Shown in pieces: positions 42,034 through 56,575 of a stretch of DNA of 64,000 nt. The notes beneath the pieces were generated by a model. It did not search any database. It was given only the letters and a program-made list of their open reading frames with translations, and had not been told where the DNA came from. Source of the DNA: the human T2T-CHM13v2.0 reference genome, Homo sapiens. The stretch is taken from NCBI RefSeq assembly GCF_009914755.1, contig NC_060938.1. One strand, 5' to 3'. The translations under genes and the position numbers were made by a program. The stretch's first letter is position 1. Each line of letters opens with the position of its first letter.

Positions 42034-42413
42034 TGATATGGTTTGGCTCTATATCCCCATCCAAATCTCATGACAAACTGTAATCCCCAAAGTTGGGGGA
42101 GGGACATGGTGGGAGGTGATTGGATCATTGGGGTGAATTTCTCCCTTGCTGTTCTCATGATAGTGAGTTCTCACAAGGTCTGGTTGTATAAAAGTGTGTA
42201 GCACTTCCCCCTTCGCTCTCTCTCTCCTGCCAGCCATGTGAAGACCATGCCTGCTTCCCCTTTGCCTTCTACCATGATTGTGAGTTTCCTAAGGCCTCCC
42301 CAGCCACGCTTCCTGTACAGCCTGTGGAACTGTGAGTCAATTAAACCTCTTCTCTTTATACATTACCCACTCACAGGTAGTTCTTGATAGCAATGTGAGA
42401 ACGGACTAACACA
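42034..42413 (+). mobile_element. MSTA/THE1D-like MaLR solo LTR
   Basis: TGATATGGTTTGGCTC...GAGAACGGACTAACACA; TSD GCAAT/GCAGT. Confidence 0.85.
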
Positions 42414-42493
42414 GCAGTAGAAGAGCTGAATAAGGAAGGGCTCTTTCCATTTTGTGAGCCTTAAGAAACTAGAATCTGCCTTGTTCTTTGGGG

Positions 42494-43397
42494 TATAAAC
42501 TTGAAATCCTAAGCCCCCCCATTGACTGAATGGATCCCCTTGTGGCCAAGGGGACCCCATTAAAACCTTAAAACTGACTTCCTGGCCATGACGGGACAGA
42601 AAATCAGACACCTCGTTACACCCCCTCCCTCTTCTGGTTTAGACACAACAACTGACAAGCCTTAATGTTAAAACAGAGATTCTAAAACTGACAGAACAGA
42701 TTCTTTGTGGCAATAAGGTATCAAATTATAAACAGAACCTAAGGCCATGCCAGGCAAAGGTTAAGTCACCCACTCCTACACTTATAGAATAAACTATGTC
42801 CCAACTGCCACAAGGTTTTTCTTTTTCTCTAGCAGCTAAACTAGAGCGCTGGCCTTGAGATAAGCAATATTAAAACAATTACAGTTCATCCAGCTCACAG
42901 AGGCTAACTACCTGACCCTTGTTCCACAAGCCGTAACTACAGCTTTGACTGGACAAGAGACTGATTTCAGTAACTTTCTCCAGATAAGACCACCAACCAT
43001 GGACTGGTTCTGGCCAGTTTACAGAGACTGCACACTTGCATGTTTCTGGATCCTGAAAAGACCTTCTGATGTATAGGGCCTAATCATAATACGTTTAAAA
43101 GTTATGTCCCCACCCCAAAGTGGGTCATATGTTACATGCATGTTCGTTCAATGCACATGCATCAGGATTGCCTCATGAATATTCACAGCTCCTCCTGTAA
43201 CCTGTTGAATATGTATGTTTAGCCAACCTGTTCAGCATAAAGCTCCTACCCCAAGCCTTCCTCCTTCGAAATGCCTGTCTCTGGTCTTGTCCAGAGGCAC
43301 CCTTTCCAGCCTGCTGTACCCCCGTTATAAGAAATAAACTCTTCTCTCCTTTCTGCATTTATAAATCTTGTGTGTGGTTTTCTTCTTAAAGTTAACA
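42494..43397 (+). mobile_element. MER4D-like ERV1 solo LTR
   Basis: AAATCCTAAGCCCCCC..GACTGAATGGA...GGCCATGACGGGA...AAGTTAACA. Confidence 0.75.
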
Positions 43398-43529
43398 GGG
43401 ATAATTATATCCCAGCCCTCAAGGCCAACACAAGCAGCTGCCAACATTTCAGAATGCTTGGGGAATGCAATGTCCTGGCAAATTGAAGATCTGTATGAAT
43501 GGAGTGGCCCAGCTTACTCAGAGTGACTT

Positions 43530-43915
43530 GCTCACTTATCCACTCAACAAAGCATTGGAGAATGCCTGCCGGGTGCCTGACTCCATGTACTGTTCTAGGT
43601 GCTGAAATGCAGCAGTAAAAGAGGGAGATTGTTGGCTGCTTTGGTGGAACCTACTTTCTAATAGAGGGAGAGAGAAGACAAATCAATCAAGAATGCACAT
43701 GAAAATATCAGACACTGATAAATGCCACTGAGGAAGTAAACGGAAGGCCGCACCTGGGGAGCCACACTGCTGGGTGGTCAGGAAGGAAGGGACATTTTAA
43801 CAGAGATGGAGTGATGAGGACTCACCTCGTGAAGACCTGGAGGAAGAGCAAGTGGAGCAGCCGACACAGCTGGGGCAAAAACCCTACAGCAGGGATGAGC
43901 TCAGTATCTCAGAGG
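43530..43915 (-). mobile_element. L2
   Basis: Antisense L2 3' region: CACTCAACAAAGCATTGGAG...GAAGACCTGGAGGAAGAGC. Confidence 0.65.
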
Positions 43916-44499
43916 CGCTGCCTCCGACAGAAAAGAATAACAGCACATCCCCCGAGTTTCTAGAGGTTTCAACCAAATTTTGTTCTTTTGAAGACTCAGG
44001 TTTTATCTTTAAAATGAAAGCAAATTTTGGGTTCCAGTCTTTGAGACAACCATATTTATTTTTGTGTTAAACCTATCTGTCTTTAAAAAAAAAAGAGAGA
44101 GAGAATATACTTGGATTGAGGTAAGCCAAGATTAAACTTCTAAAAGGTAACATCCCATAGTCCAGAGAAATCTGACGCAAGGTAGCTAGATGCCATTTCA
44201 TCCTCGTGTTTATCGTTCACCTGGCAGTGACAGAATCTGGGCCTCCAGTAAGTCCAAGTCCAATTCTCAAGAACACATGACAAGATCTGACTTGGGTGGG
44301 ACAGGAAACCTCCTTGGTGGGTTATTTCCTCCATTCCCCCAACCTTAGATCCTGCACAACACACATTATCAGCAGGTTTGTTCCTGAACCCCAGGACCAT
44401 GACTCAAGGCCATGAACAACTTAACCCAAGCAATCTAGGAATCCTGGCCTGTGCGGTGTGCCACATCACCTGGTCAGATCATCTCCTCATCAGATGACT

Positions 44500-44858
44500 G
44501 GTATGGCCTGAATTGTGTCACCCTCGCATTTATACACTAACGTCCTAATCCCCAGTACCTTAGAATATGGCCGAATTTGGAAGTAGGGCCTTTAAAGAGA
44601 TGATTAAGATTAAATGAGATCATGTGGTGGGCCCTACTCCAGTATGACTGGTGTCCTTATGAGAAAGGAAGAGCGACCAGGGATGTTCACTCACAGAGGA
44701 AAGGCCATCTACAAGCCAAGGACAGAGGCCTTGGAAAAAACCAAACCTGCTGACACCTCGATCTTGGACTTCTAGCCTCCAGAACTGTGAGTAAATTTCT
44801 GTTGTTTAAGTCATCCAGTCTGTGGTATCGTGTTACAGCAGCCCTGCCAGATTAATAC
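44500..44858 (+). mobile_element. MLT1B-like MaLR solo LTR
   Basis: TGGTATGGCCTGAATTGTGTC...GACTTCTAGCCTCCAGAACTGTGAG...ATTAATACA. Confidence 0.85.
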
Positions 44859-45076
44859 AATAACCCAACAAGAGCCCAAGGTGAGGGGACTCCAGGGAAT
44901 GGGCACCCCAAAAGTAAAGTTTTAGAGTTTCCTTTCCCAAAGTTTTCTCCACCCGAGATAGAGTGGTCACTGGTTGGCTTCCTTCCTCATACCTTTAGAA
45001 CTCACCACGGGCCAGCTCCATGTCCCCAGCTGGGCACTGTGTCTCTGACTCAATCCATTCCTTTCCCAGCCCTCAG

Positions 45077-45859
45077 GATCCTGTGCTAATGAAGGCATCA
45101 TCAGCTTCAGCCACGCTTTTGTTCTCTACACCATCCCTTCAAAGATGGAGGTTGGGGCAAGGACCCCTCCCTGGAACCAGGCCAAAGGTTCAGTATTGGA
45201 AAAGCATTGATTCTTTCCCCATAGTCCTTAAATATTCTTTTTACAAAGACTACACCAGATTAAAACAGTTCCGTGGCACAATCTCTACAGGTCTGTTAAT
45301 TCAGGACAGAGCTCTGGAATTAATGGCCAAGAACAAGAACCAGCTTTATTATAACTGCAACAATTCCAACAACATGTGCTGGGTAAATATTACCTCCAAC
45401 AAAGTCCAAACTAGCCTATAGCCAAATGCAGCTTATAACCATGATTTTCCCTATACTTCTTCCTCCTAGCAAGATTTGGACTTCTCTCTTGATGAATCAG
45501 GCCTCTAGGTCATACATCCAACTGGAGAAGCCAGAAGTAACATCATCTTGGCCAAAACCAACAAGTCCACCTCCCAGTTGTCCCTCCTCTGGGAAACCGC
45601 CCATTTGGCTCTGCAGCCAGCACTGCCTTCGTGGCATGTGGTGTAATGGATGTAACCAGGACAGTGTGTACCAAAGCTAAGAAAATAGTCTCCATGTATG
45701 ACACCAAGGCCAAAAAGGAAAAGTATGCCAGCGTCTGGTTCAAAAGTGGAGAAATGAGACAAACCTGTCTGATGACCCAACTGTACATCCCATCCAATCT
45801 ATGAGTCCAGCTATGGTGACTGGAGCCACTACGATGTTTATTCTTATAGCGACATGTGA
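45077..45859 (+). pseudogene. Terminal olfactomedin-domain exon of an unprocessed OLFM4-like pseudogene
   Basis: After a pyrimidine-rich acceptor (AG 45075-45076), across frameshifts: (G)SCANEGIISFS, GGWGKD, QYW, GQSSG, LYYNCNNSNNMCWVNITSN, PNAAYNHDFPY, *QDLDFSLDESGL*VI, SNIILAKTN, AFVACGVM, MYDT, HYDV, TGA. Colinear with recalled OLFM4 GSCGHGGVVNIS...GAWGRD...PNAAYNNRFSY...WQDIDFAVDENGLWVI...AFMVCGVL...YYDT...NYDL. Confidence 0.9.
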
Positions 45860-46044
45860 GGAAGGTAACAGGAGTATCAGGCGAGGGAAAGGGTGAGGCT
45901 CCTTGGGACTAAGCACACTCATATTTGTTGGTTTGTTTGCTGAGTGTGTGTTTGCTTGTGTCTTTATTTTACGCAGAGGGCATTCCTCAAATGCTGGGTG
46001 ACCTTGGCTGTCTGTTCATATTTAAGAGTGAGACATCAAAAGTT

Positions 46045-47310
<1,266 letters not shown>

Positions 47311-47469
47311 TTCTCTCAGGCACTGCTCAGAACCAAAGGAGCCTGTCTCCTTTAGCCACCATGCACAGGCATTTACCAAGGTCCTGACAATCACAGCCCC
47401 TCATTCCAGGAGCCTGCAGATACCCTGGAGATGGGGTCACTAGGCGGGCTTGAAAACCCCAGGCTCTCT

Positions 47470-48204
47470 CCACTCTTTCTTTTCTTTCCTTTGCTTCCCT
47501 TTTCTCTTTTTCTTTTCCTTTCTTTTCTTTTTCCTCCCTCCTTTCTTTTTTTTCTTTCTTTCTTCTTTTTCATTTTTTTTTTTTATTTTTAAGAGACAAG
47601 GTCTTGCTCTGTCACCCAGGCTGCAGTGCAGAGGCACCATCACAGCTCACTACAGCTTTGAACATCTCCCAGGCTCAAGCAATCCTTCTGCCTCAGCCTC
47701 CCACGTAGCTGGGACTGGCTGGGCACCATGGCTCGTGCCTGTAATCCCAGCACTTTGGGAGGCCGAGAAGGGCGGATCACTTGAGGTCAGGAATTCAGAT
47801 CAGCCTGACTAACATGGTGAAACCCCGTCTCTACTAAAAATACAAACAATTAGCCAGGCATGGTGGCGCAGGTCTGTAATCTCAGCTACTCGGGAGGCTG
47901 AGGCGGGAGACTTGCTTGAGCTTGAGAGGCGGAGGTTGCAGTGAGCTGAGATTGCACCACTGCCCTCCAGCCTGAGGCGACAAAGCGAAAAAGCAAGACA
48001 CTGTCTCAGAAAAACAAACAAAAAACAAGTAGCTGGGACTACAGGCACCACCATGCTCAACTAATTTTTTGTTTATTTACTTTTTGTAGAGATCGGGATA
48101 GCTCTGTGTTGCCCACACCAGTCTCGAACTCCTGGCATCAAGTGATCCTCCCCCCTCAGCCTCCCAAAGTGCTGGGATTACGGGCGGGAGCCACCGTGCC
48201 CAGC
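47470..48204 (-). mobile_element. AluJ (-) with long CT-rich tail, interrupted by an opposite-strand AluS (47717-48027, +)
   Basis: TSD GTAGCTGGGACT flanks the inner Alu. Confidence 0.9.
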
Positions 48205-48366
48205 CTCTCTACTCCTTGTCACTTCTCTCTGGCTGCCACCACCTTGCCCTGGAGTTATTTCAGCACTCTCCTAACTGGCTTCCCCTTGTCTCCTCTGGCC
48301 CCTCCTTGTCCCTTGTGCAGTCTGTCCAGCACACTGCCGCCAGAGTGAGATTTCAAAATGCAAATC

Positions 48367-48687
<321 letters not shown>

Positions 48688-48975
48688 TGATCGTGTACCT
48701 CTTCTTGCCTCCCACCCTTCTAGGATGCAGGTTATACAACGCTGTGAACTGGCCCCTTCCTGACCCTCCAGCTTCATCTCATCCGCTCTCCCTCCCTCTC
48801 AGAAGAACTAACTGGTCCTCTTTCGTTCCCTGGATACACCCTGCTCCTGCTGTCTCAGCACTATGCACCTGCTTTTATTTCTGCCTGGAACACCCAACCA
48901 TATGTGGATGGGTACACACACACACACATCTTCCCTGCTAACTCACATGGATCACCAGTGTCACTGACTCCCTAG

Positions 48976-49063
48976 ATGTATATGACATAGTCATGTATCA
49001 CTTGATGTGTATGACATAGTCATGTATCACTTGATGTGTATATGACATAGTCATGTATCACTT
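48976..49063. repeat. ~29-bp tandem triplication over the Tigger3 left end
   Basis: ATGT(A/G)TATGACATAGTCATGTATCACTT x3. Confidence 0.9.
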
Positions 49064-51730
49064 CATGTTCTGAGAAATACGTTAAGCAATTTTGTCATCG
49101 TGTGAGCATCATGGAGTGCACTTACACAAACCTAGTGCCTACAACACACCTCGGCTATACGGTCCTTCTGCTCCTAGGCTGCAAACCTGTGCAGCATGTT
49201 ACTGTACTGAATACTGTAGGCATTTGTGTATCTAAACATATCTAAACATAGGACAAGTACAATAAAAACAGTATAAAAGAGAAAAAATGGTTCATCTGTA
49301 TAGGGCACTTACTATGAAGGTATGTCCGGAATTGGTGGGTTCTTGGTCTCACTGACTTCAAGAATGAAGCCGCGGACCCTCGCGGTGAGTGTTAAGAGTT
49401 CTTACAGGCGGCGTGTCCGGAGTTTGTTCCTTCTGATGTTCAGATGTGTTCAGAGTTTCTTTCTTCTGGTGGGATCATGGTCTCGTTGGCTCAGGAGTGA
49501 AGCTGCAGACCTTCGCGGTGAGTGTTAACAGCTCTTAAGGCGGCGGGTCCGGAGTTGTTCTTTCCTGCTGGTGGGTTAGTGGTCTCCCTGGCTTCAGGAG
49601 AGAAGCTGCAGACCTTTACGGTGAGTGTTATAGCTCACAAATGCAGTGTGAACCCAAAAACTAAGCAGTAGCAAGATTTATTGCAAAAAGCAAAAGAACA
49701 AAGCTCCCACAGAATGAAAAGCGAGCAGAACCAGTTGCCACTGCTGCCTCAGGCAGCCTGCTTTTATTCTCTTATCTGGCCCACCCACATCCTGCTGATT
49801 GGTCCATTTTACAGAGAGCTGATTAGTCTGTTTTACAGACAGCTGATTGGTCCATTTTGACAGGGTGCTGATTGGTGGGTTTACCATCCCTGAGCTAGAC
49901 AGAAAAGTTCTCCACGTCTCCAATAGATTAGCTAGATACAGAGTGTCCATTGGTGTATTTACAAACCCTGAGCTAGATACTGAGTGCTGATTGGTGCATT
50001 CACAATCCCTTAGCTAGACATAAAGATTCTCCAAGTCCCAAGATTAGCTAGACACAGCGCCTGATTGGTGCATTCATAAACCCTGAGCTAGACACAAGGT
50101 GCTGATTGGTGTGTTTACAAACCTTGAGCTAGATACAGAGTGCTAATTTGTGTATTTACAATCCCTTAGCTAGACATAAAGATTCTTCAAGTCCCCACTA
50201 GACTCAGGAGCCCAGCTGGTTTCACCTAGTGAATCAGCTGAGGCCCAGTGAGAATTTGAGCGCGGTGCCGGCAAGCCGGCACTGCTGGGGAACGCAGCGC
50301 ACCCTCCGCAGCTGCTAGCTCTGGTGCTAAGCCCCTCACTGCCCCGCGCAGGCGGCACCAGCCGGCCGCTCCCAGTGCAGGGCCCTCCAAGCCCACGCCT
50401 ACCCGGAACTCGGGCTGGCCCGCCAGCGCCGCATGCAGCCCCGGTTCCCCCCCCACGCCTCTCCCTCCACACCTCCTGGCAAGCAAAGGGTGCCGGCTCC
50501 GGCCTCAGCCAAGCCCAAAGAGGGGCTCCCACAGTGCAACGGTGAGTGACGGGCTCCTCAAGCGCCCCGAGGCTGAGGAGGCACCGAGAGCGAGTGAGGG
50601 CTGCTAGTACCGTTGTCACCTCTCAAAGGGAGCTTGCGGGCCTGGAAGTTGCTCTGGGTGAGTCTGTGAGTGAGTGGTGGGTGAATGCGAAGGCCTAAGA
50701 CATGACTCCTGAAAACTTCATAAGCACCGTACACTTAGGCTACACTAAATCTGTTTTTAGAAACATTTTTCTTTCTTCAATAATAAATTAACCTCTGCCA
50801 GGCGCGGTGGCTCACGCCTGTAATCCTAGCACTTTGGGAGGCTGAAGCGGGGGGATCACCTGAGGTCAGGAGTTCGAGACCAGCCTGGCCAACATGGTGA
50901 AACCCCATCTCTACTAAAAATACAAAAATTAGCCAGGCATGGTGGCAGATGCCTATAATCCCAGCTACCTGGGAGGCTGAGGCAGGAGAATCACTTGAAC
51001 CCGGGGGCGGAGGTTGCAGTGAGCCGAGATCACACCACTTCACTTCAGCCTGGGCAAAAGAGCGAAACTCTATCTCAAAATAATAAACCCAGCTTACTGT
51101 AACTTTTTTTACCATATAAACTTTTTTTATTTTTTTAACTTTTTGACTCTTGAAATAACACTTAGCTTAAACTCAAACACACTGTACATCTGTACAAAAC
51201 GTTTTCTTAGAATGAAGACACGAACACACACATTACACACGTTAGGGTCAGGATCACCAGTATCACTGTCTTCTACCTCCACATCTTGTCCCACTGTCTT
51301 CAGGGGCAATAACACACATGGAGCTGTCCTCCTATGATAACAGTGACTTCTGGAATACCTCCTGAAGGACCTGCCTAAGGCCATTTTACAGTTAACTTTT
51401 TTATTTTGTAAGTAGAAGAAATACATTCTAAAATGACAATGAAAAGTATAGTATAGTAAATACACAAAGGAGTCATATAGTCATTTGTTATTAAGTATAT
51501 TATGCACTGTATGTAATTGTATGTGCTAGACGTTTATAAGCCTGGCAGCGCAGTAGGTTAGTTTACATCAGCATGACCGCAAACCTGTGAGTAATGCATT
51601 GAGCTATGACGTTGCCACAGCTATGACCTCACTAGGCTATGTAATTCAGCTCCACTGCAATCTTATGAGACCACTGTTGTATCTGCAGGCTGTGGTTGAC
51701 CAAAACATTGCTATGCAATGCACGGCTGTA
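49048..51730 (+). mobile_element. Tigger3 (Tigger3b-like) DNA transposon interrupted by LTR12 and an AluS (50797-51086)
   Basis: GTTCTGAGAAATACGTTAAG...CTCCTAGGCTGCAAACCTGTGCAGCATGTTACTGTACTGAATACTG...GTTGACCAAAACATTGCTATGCAATGCACGGCTGTA. Confidence 0.85.
49321..50625 (-). mobile_element. LTR12 (LTR12C/D-like, ERV9) solo LTR
   Basis: Reverse of TGAGAGGTGACA...CCAATTCCGGACA(C/T)A; arrayed CTGATTGG (CCAAT) repeats; CpG-rich U3; 4-bp TSD AAGG (49317-49320, 50626-50629). Confidence 0.92.
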
Positions 51731-51856
51731 TAATTACTTGTTCAATGTCTTCATCGCTAGACTGTAAATTCCACCAGGGTAGGGACTGTGTTCCTACCAC
51801 CTTTAGCCCCAGCACCCAGCACAGGGCCTGGCCTCTGGGAAATGTTCGATAATTAC

Positions 51857-52158
51857 TTTTTATTCTATTTTATTTGAGACCAAGTCTCGCTCTGTTGCCC
51901 AGGCTGGAGTGCAGTGGTGCGATCTTGGCTCACAAGCGCTCTGCCTCCTGGGTTCAAGTGATTCTCCTGCCTCAGCCTCCTGAGTAGCTGGGATTACAGG
52001 CACATGCCACCACGCCTGGCTAATTTTTTTGTATTTTTAGTACAGACGGGGTTTCACCAAGTTGGCCAAGCTGGTCATGAACTCCTGGCCTCAGGTGATC
52101 TACCCACTTTGGCCTCCGAAAGTGCTAGGATTACAGGCATGAACCACAGTGCCCAGCC
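51857..52158 (-). mobile_element. AluS
   Basis: Reverse Alu. Confidence 0.95.
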
Positions 52159-52483
52159 AATTATTTTAAATTAATAATCAGTTAACAAACCAGTAATTAT
52201 CAGCCTTTTATATTTTATAATCCACCAATTTCTATTTTATTCCCCTAAGCTGTAGGTGCCTTTTATTCTTGTTTTTCAAGAAGGAGTTTTGCCTGGGCAC
52301 ATAACATTGTACACTGGTTCCTGGGCTCAAGGTTGGGTGCTACCACTCTTATGCGTCCCCTGCCAAAGCCTCTGTCATGTTGTGCAGTTTCCCGTACGCT
52401 TTGCCAGCCAGGACTAGACTGTCTATTGATATTTTTCTCTCTCCCTGATTCACCACCACGAGGCTCTGGGTGGGGAACCATGA

Positions 52484-53620
<1,137 letters not shown>

Positions 53621-53690
53621 GGCCAGAAGAAAAGGACTCTGGTTCTGAAAACTCAGCCCAAGAGGCCAAGCAAAAGAGCAATGTACACAT

Positions 53691-53709
53691 TTGCCACTAG
53701 ATGGCAGGC
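53691..53709 (+). promoter_or_regulatory. CTCF motif
   Basis: TTGCCACTAGATGGCAGGC fits CCASYAGRKGGCRS. Confidence 0.6.
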
Positions 53710-54421
53710 TTCCTGCTTTATTCGCTAGCTCTCCCAATTTTATTAAATACAGAAATGATCCTGACCAGTACTCTAGCAATCCAATCTTCCAAAGCTTCCA
53801 AACACATTAAAACTCATAGAATGTTAAAGGTGGACAAAAGTTTAATGAATTTTTTTGCCGAACCTTACATTTACAGAAGAGAGAGAGAGAGAGTCCTAAA
53901 GGTAAACCCCAGGTTGTTTTTCTATTATTCTACTCTGCCTCTAAACAAAAGCCACCCAAAAACCTCCTTAAAAAGAGACATAATATAGGTGTGTTCCGTT
54001 TCTGAAAAATGCAAACAGCGCTGTTATGATTTTTTACACCTTTCTGCATGTACGTAATGCTGACAGAGAGATGAACTCTTCCATAAACATGGTTGGATGT
54101 TTACCTCGTTTCTGTCTTTTTTGTGAGCTTGGCGAGTGCTGGGGCTAGTCAGTAACTTGAAGTCCAAGATCCCTAATTCAGCTCTGTGCTCTCACAGCCT
54201 TACCAAAGCCTGGTAAAAGGACAAATGAGACATCCGAGTTGGTTGTAAGGAAGTAAAGTGGAGTCCCTACAACCAGCTGGGTGACTTTAGCCAAGGGACT
54301 TGCTTCTTGGGACCTTGATTTCAAAAAAAGGGGACGTTGGATTCACTCTATCATCTAAATCTGTAAGTGCAAAAAGTAATACAAGAGAAGTGTCCTGTAG
54401 AGCACGAGGAATGTTGCAGGA

Positions 54422-55157
<736 letters not shown>

Positions 55158-55383
55158 TTGTAAGTTTCATCAGTCCCTTTCTTAGCTCTGTTATTTATCT
55201 TTTCATTCTTCAGAAGCAGAGAATTGTATATCCAAAGATGTTAATTTCAGCATTATCTACAATAGCAAAGAAAAAAGAGACTAAAAGACAATGTCTAACA
55301 CCAGACAAAGGTTCAACCATAATAAATATGCTCCATTGACCCAATAGAATTAGATATTATAGTATTATAAGAAAATGATTAGG

Positions 55384-55952
55384 GGCCGGGCACGGTGGCT
55401 CATGCTTGTAATCTCAGCACTTTGGGAGGCCAAGGTGGGTGAATCACTTGAGGTCGGGAATTCGAGACCAGCCTGACCAACGTGGAGAAACCCCATCTCC
55501 ACTAAAAATACAAAAAAATTAGCCGGGCGTGGTGGCCCATGCTTGTAATCCCAGCTACTCGGGAGGCTGAGGCAAGAGAATCACTTGAACCCAGGAGGCT
55601 AAACAGAAAAGGACAATGGCCTCTTTGTCCCTAGTGTAAGAGAGCTGGGGGGAGCCCTAGGAACCCACCAATGGTAAATTTAAAATGCTGCCTTAAAGGT
55701 ATTGAACAAGTCCGGGTGTGATGGCTCATGCCTGTAATCCCAGCACTTTGGGAGCCCGAGGCGGGAGGATCACTTTAGCCCAGGAGTTCAAGATCAGCCT
55801 GGGCAACATGGTGAGACCCCATCTCTACAAAAAATATAAAAAGTAGCCAGGCGTGGTGGTGCAGGTTGCGGTGAGCCGAGATCAAGCCATTGCACTCCAG
55901 CCTGGGCAACGAAAGCGAAACTCTGCCTCAAAAAAAAAAGAAAAGAAAAGAA
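55384..55952 (+). mobile_element. AluS carrying a 266-bp inverted insertion (55598-55863)
   Basis: TSD AAGAAAATGATTA (55369-55381, 55953-55965) brackets both Alu halves. Confidence 0.9.
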
Positions 55953-56575
55953 AAGAAAATGATTATATGGCATAATGTTAAGTGAAAAGACATAAATTGG
56001 CACTACCCCAATTGTAAAATGTGAGATTGGAACCTAATATATAAAAATGGAAACATTAATCAGTTACTATACTGTATTTCAATGTCACAATTATGGGTAG
56101 TGTTTTTCTTTAAACTAGTGGCTATTATTATTTTGTTATCTTTTTTTTTTAATTTTATTTTCTCTTTTTTTTTTTTTTTTGAGACAGAGTGTCTCTCTGT
56201 CACCCAGGCTGGAGTACACTGGTGCAATCACCAGCTCACTGCAGCTTCAACCTCCTAGGCTCAAGTGATCCTCCCACCTCAGCCTCCTGAGTAGCTGGGA
56301 TTACAGGTGTGCACCACCACACCTGGCTACTTTTTATATTTTTTGTAGAGATGGGGTCTCACCATGTTGCCCAGGCTGATCTTGAACTCCTGGGCTAAAG
56401 TGATCCTCCCGCCTCGGGCTCCCAAAGTGCTGGGATTACAGGCATGAGCCATCACACCCAGACTTGTTCAATACCTTTAAGGCAGCATTTTAAAGTTACC
56501 ATTGGTGGGTTCCTAGGGCTCCCCACAGCTGTCTTACACTAGGGACAAAGAGGCCATTGTCCTTTTCCGTTTAGC
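55598..56575. repeat. Inverted repeat: arms 55598-55863 and 56310-56575, spacer 446 bp
   Basis: Hand alignment gives 6 mismatches in 266 bp, including ~110 bp of non-Alu sequence. Confidence 0.95.
56141..56462 (-). mobile_element. AluJ
   Basis: Reverse AluJ with CTCACTGCAGCTTCAACCTCC. Confidence 0.9.

Noticed and set aside
43915-44000. EKNN...EFLEVSTKFCSFEDS as an alternative exon-4 candidate
   Set aside because: It abuts L2 sequence and lacks a good acceptor or donor; 40640-40746 fits motif spacing and splice phase better. Not fully excluded.
44140-44400. Minus-strand CHCQV motif resembling the olfactomedin CxC exon
   Set aside because: Wrong strand and position relative to the OLF exon, with no flanking similarity.
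48976-50180. CRISPR-like repeat arrays
   Set aside because: Eukaryotic DNA; the repeats are contiguous tandem or LTR12-internal units without unique spacers, and there are no cas genes.
50180-50620. CpG-rich segment as a gene-promoter CpG island, and its ORFs
   Set aside because: It is the U3 region of LTR12.
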